Assembly: GCA_963665845.2 (NCBI GenBank)
Contig: OY762492.1
Location: 1,088,001 to 1,152,000, forward strand
Direction: 5' to 3'
Source of the DNA: Candidatus Poribacteria bacterium
Lineage (GTDB): Bacteria; Poribacteria; WGA-4E; GCA-2687025
DNA: 64,000 nt
The stretch's first letter is position 1, and every line of letters starts with the position of its first letter. A model generated the notes under the pieces. It ran no database searches. It worked only from the letters and a program-made list of their open reading frames with translations, and was not told the origin of the DNA. Positions 58,411 to 64,000 of the stretch are shown piece after piece. A program made the translations under genes and the position numbers.

Positions 58411-58570
58411 ATCGTGTTCAGGTCAATGCCACCGTACGTTTTCGTCCGCTCGGCGTACCATATGGTACATCTCCGCCCCGCCTTTTTCTGAAAACCTGCG
58501 CATCTTGCGGCTTTCGGCGTTGGCATAGAATTTGCGTATCGTTTCAAAACTAGCGGCATAGGAAACGGCG

Positions 58571-59266
58571 ATGAAAAACTTGAAGCGAACGCTCGCAATG
58601 CTGGCGGCGGCAGCCTTGACCGCCAGCGCCTCGGCGGGAACGCAAACGTGGGATTTCTCCGACGGGCTGGACGAGTGGCGGTTCGTAACCTATCACCTAT
58701 GGGGTGGCTGGAAGAGCCGCACTACATGGATAACAACAAACGGAACGCTCCAGCAGAGCAATAAACGCGCCTGGACCGTCGCCGTTGTCGGCGAAGACCA
58801 TTGGGACAACTACACCGTCTCCGCCCGAATACGCATCGACGAGCCGTTCAACGCCGAGCCTGTCGGTCTCGTCTTCCGCGCCCGATTTTTGCCGGACAAC
58901 GAGTTCGTCTATTACGCTTTCAATATCGATCTGAATTACGAAAATATCAATTTATCGTACCGCCGCGGCGGCCAGACCACGACTATTATTCCCCCACCGT
59001 CCGACGATGAAAGCATCGTAGAGATTGGCAAATGGTACGACATCCGCGCGCATGTGAACGGCGGCCATTTCCAGTGCTACATCAACGACGCTTTAGAGTT
59101 TGAGTACACAGACGAGGATTACATCGCCCAAGGCGCTGTCGGCATCGTCAGCCAGTACTCCCTCGTCAGCATAGACGACCTCGCCGTCACAGGCGATAAC
59201 ATCGAAGGCGGGATGTTGACGGAACAATGGGCGCGACTCAAACTTCGCCAAAAGGAACGCTTATGA
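58571..59266 (+). CDS. Secreted DUF1080-like (3-keto-disaccharide hydrolase fold) protein, array copy 1
   Basis: Signal MKNLKRTL...ASA; WDNYTVSARIR, GLVFRA, KWYDIR, GAVG, DDLAV. Confidence 0.78.
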   Translation: MKNLKRTLAMLAAAALTASASAGTQTWDFSDGLDEWRFVTYHLWGGWKSRTTWITTNGTLQQSNKRAWTVAVVGEDHWDNYTVSARIRIDEPFNAEPVGLVFRARFLPDNEFVYYAFNIDLNYENINLSYRRGGQTTTIIPPPSDDESIVEIGKWYDIRAHVNGGHFQCYINDALEFEYTDEDYIAQGAVGIVSQYSLVSIDDLAVTGDNIEGGMLTEQWARLKLRQKERL

Positions 59267-59937
59267 ACGCTGTAAAGCGAACGCTCGCCGTTTTAACCGC
59301 CGCTGCAGTAACGGCAACCGCCTCGGCGGGGACGCAAACGTGGGATTTCTCCGGCGGACTTGACGGATGGATGATGGACGGCAAATGGGAGACGCGGGAC
59401 GGAACACTTGATTGCTACCATATCGTCACGAGCCAATACGCCTTTGTCGGCGAGGAGCGTTGGGACAATTACACGGTTGAGGCGAAAGTGCGGATCGATA
59501 AACCGCCGCATTTCTCTCACTTGGAGTGGGCGGGTCTCATCTTTCGAGCGCAGGTCGATTCGTGGAGGCGTTTTGATTGTTACGCTCTCCGTGTGAATCT
59601 GCTTTTCGATGAGGTTTGGCTCAACCACATAACCCGCCGCGGCGGCGGCACATCGACGGGAGGTTACAGCGTCCCCCTGAGAGCCGGCGCGCGGATAAAA
59701 TTGGGCGAATGGTTCACTCTCCGCGCGCATGTCAAGGGAACGCGCATACTCCTCTCCGTCAACAACATTCTGCATCTTGAAATATGGGATGATCAAATCG
59801 CCAACGGGCGCATCGGCTTCTATTCCGCCTCGTCCGCCAGCTTTGACGACCTGACCGTCACAGGAGAAAGCATCGAAGACCGCCTCCAACTGAACGGCAA
59901 ACTGGCGGCGCAATGGGCGCGGCTGAAACTCGATTGA
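59263..59937 (+). CDS. DUF1080-like array copy 2
   Basis: Same scaffold; ATGA-type overlap with copy 1; ends NGKLAAQWARLKLD. Confidence 0.78.
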   Translation: MNAVKRTLAVLTAAAVTATASAGTQTWDFSGGLDGWMMDGKWETRDGTLDCYHIVTSQYAFVGEERWDNYTVEAKVRIDKPPHFSHLEWAGLIFRAQVDSWRRFDCYALRVNLLFDEVWLNHITRRGGGTSTGGYSVPLRAGARIKLGEWFTLRAHVKGTRILLSVNNILHLEIWDDQIANGRIGFYSASSASFDDLTVTGESIEDRLQLNGKLAAQWARLKLD

Positions 59938-59961
59938 GCCTTACCCAAAAGGAGAACGGCG

Positions 59962-60687
59962 ATGAAAAACTTGAAGCGAACGCTCGTCATGCTGACCGCG
60001 GCAGCCTTGACGTTCGGCGCCTCGGCGGAGGAGCGAATATGGAACTTCTCGAACGGTTTGGACGGGTGGCGGCTAAGCGGCGGCTGGGATACGAAGGGAG
60101 GAGTACTCCAGCAAACCGCGGACGACCGCCCCTACGCGTACGCGATCGTCGGAGAGTCCGACTGGGATGTTCGTTACATCTCGGCAAAAGTGCGCATTGA
60201 TGCGCCTTTTCGCGCAGACGATCAGCATAAAATCGGCGTTATCTTTCGCGCCAATTTCCCGCCGGATATCGGGCCTATCTTCCGCCCCAAGGTTCTGCCG
60301 GACAAGCATATCCGTTGCTACATATACGAATTATCGCCAAGAGATGATTTTACTTTCTTGATGACCGCCCGCATCCATGAACGGGGGGGAGTGTCCGGCG
60401 TCGGCAGAGGGGGACCCGTCCATGGCGGCATTGAACTGGAAAGCGGCGAATGGTACCAGATTAAAATCGTTCTTAAAGGCAAAAACATCGATTTCTTTAT
60501 CAACGAATCTTGGCAGCGGAGCGAAGATGAGGCGGACTATGTCGAGACAGGAGCTGTCGGCTTCTTTACTTTCTTCGCTAAAGCCAGCTTTGACGATCTG
60601 ATTGTGGAAGGGGAATACCTCCAAGGCGGCCGTTCTCAGCCGAACGGCAAACTGGCGGCGCAATGGGCGCGGCTGAAACTGGAGTGA
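59962..60687 (+). CDS. DUF1080-like array copy 3
   Basis: Same scaffold; AAGGAG RBS. Confidence 0.78.
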   Translation: MKNLKRTLVMLTAAALTFGASAEERIWNFSNGLDGWRLSGGWDTKGGVLQQTADDRPYAYAIVGESDWDVRYISAKVRIDAPFRADDQHKIGVIFRANFPPDIGPIFRPKVLPDKHIRCYIYELSPRDDFTFLMTARIHERGGVSGVGRGGPVHGGIELESGEWYQIKIVLKGKNIDFFINESWQRSEDEADYVETGAVGFFTFFAKASFDDLIVEGEYLQGGRSQPNGKLAAQWARLKLE

Positions 60688-60712
60688 GCCTTAACCAAAA
60701 AGGAAAACGGCG

Positions 60713-61405
60713 ATGAGAACATGGAAGCGAACGCTTGTGATGCTGACAGCGGCAGCCTTGGCGGTCGGCGCCTCGGCGGAGGAGCGAATATGGAACTTCT
60801 CGGATGGTTTGGACGGGTGGCGGCTAAGCGGCGGCTGGGAAACGGAGGGCGGCGTACTTCAACAAACCGCGGACGACCGCCCCTACGCGTACGCGATCGT
60901 CGGAGAGTCCGACTGGGATGTTCGTTACATCTCGGCAAAAGTGCGCATTGATGCGCCTTTTCGCGCAGACGATCAGCATAAAATCGGCGTTATCTTTCGC
61001 GCCAATTTCCTGTGGGGCAACCAGATCCGCTGCTACGCCTATGAATTGCTGCCAAAAGAGAATTTAACGAGCTTGATGACCGCCCTCATCCTCGAACCCG
61101 GCGTAGCGACCGGCGTCAGCAGAGGAGGACCCGTCCATGGCGGCATTGAGTTGAAAAGCGGCGAATGGTACCTGATTGAAATCGTTCTTGAAGGCAAGAA
61201 CGCGGAGTTCTCTATCAACGAATTCTGGCAGGACAGCGAGGATGAGGCGGACTATGTCGACACAGGAGCCGTCGGCTTCTTTACGTTCTTCGCTAAAGCC
61301 AGCTTCGACGATCTGATTGTGGATGGGGATGATTTCCAAGGCGGCCTTTCCGTTCAACCGAACGGCAAACTGGCGGCGCAATGGGCGCAGCTGAAACAGG
61401 AGTGA
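60713..61405 (+). CDS. DUF1080-like array copy 4
   Basis: N-terminal half nearly identical to copy 3. Confidence 0.78.
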   Translation: MRTWKRTLVMLTAAALAVGASAEERIWNFSDGLDGWRLSGGWETEGGVLQQTADDRPYAYAIVGESDWDVRYISAKVRIDAPFRADDQHKIGVIFRANFLWGNQIRCYAYELLPKENLTSLMTALILEPGVATGVSRGGPVHGGIELKSGEWYLIEIVLEGKNAEFSINEFWQDSEDEADYVDTGAVGFFTFFAKASFDDLIVDGDDFQGGLSVQPNGKLAAQWAQLKQE

Positions 61406-61430
61406 GCCTTAACCAAAAAGGAAAACGGCG

Positions 61431-62165
61431 ATGAGAACATGGAAGCGAACGCTTGTGATGCTGGCGGCGGCAGCCTTGACCGCCGGCGCCTCGGCGGAAA
61501 CGATGCGATGGAACTTCAACAGCTGGGCCGAGACGAAGGACTGGTTTTTCGTTGATGCCGCAGACGGCGCATGGAAACAAGGCATGTGGACAACGTTCGA
61601 CGGCATGCTCATCAAATCGGACGACAAGGTCTCCGCCTTTGCCCTCTTCGGAGAAGAAGCCTGGGACAATTACACCATTGAAGCTAAAATGCGCCTCGAT
61701 TCAGGGAATGAGAACGCTGCTGTCGGGCTTGTTTTTCGCGCCGATTTTCTATGGATTGACGAATTCGTATGCTATGCTGTCTGCCTGCGCAGCGCCCTCA
61801 AAGGCGACTCGATCCTTTTTAGTCGGCTCCGCGTTTCCGAAAAGGGCGGCGTCTCAAGCCGTTCGATCCTGATTGATCCCTTTGAGGACGAATTTAAGAT
61901 TGCCCCTGGAGAATGGTTTGTCATGCGAGTCCTCGTCAATGGCAATAACGTTCTGCTTTTCATAGACAACAAACCGCAGGCTTACTTCAGCGCGAAGCAT
62001 ATCTGGGATAACGAATCGTATCTCCCGAACGGCGGCGTCGGCTTTTATTCGCGCCGCGCCAAAATGAGAGTCGACTATGCGGAGGTCTCCATAGGCGGCG
62101 ACCCGCTCTCCGTTCAGCCGAACGGCAGACTGGCGGCGCAATGGGCGCAACTGAAACGCGGCTGA
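61431..62165 (+). CDS. DUF1080-like array copy 5
   Basis: Same scaffold and termini. Confidence 0.78.
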   Translation: MRTWKRTLVMLAAAALTAGASAETMRWNFNSWAETKDWFFVDAADGAWKQGMWTTFDGMLIKSDDKVSAFALFGEEAWDNYTIEAKMRLDSGNENAAVGLVFRADFLWIDEFVCYAVCLRSALKGDSILFSRLRVSEKGGVSSRSILIDPFEDEFKIAPGEWFVMRVLVNGNNVLLFIDNKPQAYFSAKHIWDNESYLPNGGVGFYSRRAKMRVDYAEVSIGGDPLSVQPNGRLAAQWAQLKRG

Positions 62166-62190
62166 ATCTTTAACCCGAACGGAAACACAG

Positions 62191-62916
62191 ATGAGAACAT
62201 GGAAGCGAACGCTTGTCTTGGCCGCCGCCGTTGCGTTGACGCTTAACGCTTCAGCGGGAACGATGCGGTGGGACTTCTCAAGTGAAGATGAAATAAGCGA
62301 CTGGCTGTTCATCGAGTCGACAGACAGCGAATGGGGCAGAAGCGCATGGAAAATCAACGGCGGGCTGCTTCAGCAGACAAATGAAAACTTCGTCACGTAC
62401 GCGCTCTTCGGCGATCCGAACTGGGACGACTACATCATCGAGACAAGGGTGCGCGTTGACGGATCTGACGATTGGGACATCATTGGCGTCCTGTTTCGCG
62501 TCAACTTCATTTGGCATGACGGATTCCACGCCTACAGCGTAGGGTTGAGTCGACTCCTAGAAGATGATGATATCCGGCTGACCCGAGACAAGGTTGACCG
62601 CGATGGAGCCAACAGACGCATCCTCAAGAGCTTGCCTCCCTTCCCTCCCTTCACATTTGACGCCGGCAGATGGTACCGCATACGCCTCAAAGTTGAGGAC
62701 CGCGACATGGAGCTGTTTATTGACGGTAAACAGCAATTCTTGTTCAACCGCATATGGGACCGCGACTATATCCGCAAGGGAGCCGTCGGTTTCGTCTTGG
62801 ACAGCGCCCAAATCAGCATTGACTATGTCAAGGTTGAGGGAGATTCGGTCGATCCGCTCTCCGTTCAACCGAACGGCAAACTGGCGGCGCAATGGGCGCG
62901 GCTGAAACTCGATTGA
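62191..62916 (+). CDS. DUF1080-like array copy 6
   Basis: Same scaffold and termini. Confidence 0.78.
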   Translation: MRTWKRTLVLAAAVALTLNASAGTMRWDFSSEDEISDWLFIESTDSEWGRSAWKINGGLLQQTNENFVTYALFGDPNWDDYIIETRVRVDGSDDWDIIGVLFRVNFIWHDGFHAYSVGLSRLLEDDDIRLTRDKVDRDGANRRILKSLPPFPPFTFDAGRWYRIRLKVEDRDMELFIDGKQQFLFNRIWDRDYIRKGAVGFVLDSAQISIDYVKVEGDSVDPLSVQPNGKLAAQWARLKLD

Positions 62917-62921
62917 GCGGC

Positions 62922-64000
62922 TTACTCCACCTGAAACTCGGCGCGGCTCTCGGCGCTTTCTTGGTAGCCGATGCGGCATGCCTTCGCCCTGAGGGCCGTT
63001 TTGCCCTTCTTTAAACGTATCGGCTCGGTGTAGAGCCGCCAGCGCGCGCCGCCGCCCTCTTCTGTTGTGTAGGCGATGGAGGCGCCCTGCGTCGCGCAAT
63101 GCAGCTGTATGAGGCACGGCGCCGCATAGGAACCGCCCTCGGATGTTTGGCGCCCTGGGTAGCCCGGCGCAATCGGCGCAAACACCGGCGCCGCCGCCTG
63201 ACGCTGCGACCCGTCCGGACGAAAACGCGCCGCCATCTGATCCTCCGGAACATGCCCAAGATCGCCAATCTCCCGCTGCCACCTGTCCAGCTCGGCGCGC
63301 ATGCGCGTCAGCGTCTCGGCGTAAGCGGGGTCGCCCGCCAGGTTGCGCGTTTCATACGGGTCGCTTTCCGTGTCGTAAAGCTCCTCCGGCGTCCGCGGTT
63401 CAAACATGAGCCGCTGATCGCCTTCCAGCGCGTCTTCGGCATGAAGACGCCACATCTCCTGCATGACAGGGTGCCGGTTCCGGTACGGGATCCACATCAG
63501 GTACGGCAGGTCGGGATAAAAGTTGCGCAGATACTTGAATCGGCGGTCGCGGACGGCGCGAACCATGTCGTACGACTCGTCATGGCGGTCGCGCGCCGCA
63601 TAGATATACTCCCGCTCTTCCCCCTCCAAGAACGGCTGCCCCTGCATATGCCGCGGTATGGAAACCCCCGCCATCGACAAGACGGTCGGCCCGAGGTCGA
63701 TCATGCTGACAAGCCGCTCCGACACGGCGCCTTCCGCCAGACGCCCCGGCCAGCGCACAATGCATGGGATGCGTATGCCGGCGTCGTAGGGCCACCGCTT
63801 GCCGCGCGGAAGCCCCTCGCCATGGTCGCTCCATATGAAAACGGCGGTGTTGTCGGCGAGTCCGTCCTCTTCCAGCTCGTTTAAAATCCGCCCGACGATG
63901 CGGTCGGACGCCGCGATATTGTCGTATTGACGCGCCAGCGCCTGCCGCGCCTTCAAGGTGTCCGGAAGATACGGCGGCATCTCGACATCGTCAGGATCCG
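62922..64000 (-). CDS. Sulfatase family protein, 5'-truncated by the window edge, with a small C-terminal Fn3-associated-like domain
   Basis: FIWSDHGEGLPRGKRWPYDAG, IDLGPTVL, RDRHDE, EELYD..SDPYE..NLA; IAYTT...WRLYTEPI. Confidence 0.9.
   Translation of the reverse strand, partial: DPDDVEMPPYLPDTLKARQALARQYDNIAASDRIVGRILNELEEDGLADNTAVFIWSDHGEGLPRGKRWPYDAGIRIPCIVRWPGRLAEGAVSERLVSMIDLGPTVLSMAGVSIPRHMQGQPFLEGEEREYIYAARDRHDESYDMVRAVRDRRFKYLRNFYPDLPYLMWIPYRNRHPVMQEMWRLHAEDALEGDQRLMFEPRTPEELYDTESDPYETRNLAGDPAYAETLTRMRAELDRWQREIGDLGHVPEDQMAARFRPDGSQRQAAAPVFAPIAPGYPGRQTSEGGSYAAPCLIQLHCATQGASIAYTTEEGGGARWRLYTEPIRLKKGKTALRAKACRIGYQESAESRAEFQVE

Noticed and set aside
46672-62916. Paralog arrays as targets of a diversity-generating retroelement or shufflon
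   Set aside because: No reverse transcriptase, no adenine-specific TR/VR pair, no invertase, and all copies within each array are in direct orientation

Overview
GC-rich bacterial chromosomal segment. It is probably from Candidatus Poribacteria; this is an inference from the expanded WD40/LamG/DUF1080-like secreted proteins and their shared C-terminal V-x-P-x-GK-x-A-x-x-W-x-x-[LV]K motif. Housekeeping genes include icd, ino1, hppA, folC, secD, secF, mnmG, ispH, argH and pyrF. They are interleaved with small defence-type cassettes: two MTase+putative REase pairs, an MTase-Mrr-like fusion, an orphan MTase, a DUF4268 nuclease plus DUF1998 helicase pair, and a RelE/ParE-like toxin whose partner looks like a TPR domain fused to an antitoxin-like tail. 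The window also contains an IS1595-family element inserted exactly into a palindromic repeat, and a modular family of intergenic REP-like repeats. There are two tandem paralog arrays with constant ends and variable or mosaic cores, plus a candidate structured sRNA carrying a 10-codon ORF. A >1400-aa secreted trypsin/3xWD40-propeller/2xIg protein runs off the window start and is missing from the ORF track. No rRNA, tRNA or CRISPR array was seen. All assignments come from reading the sequence and recognising motifs; no searches were run.
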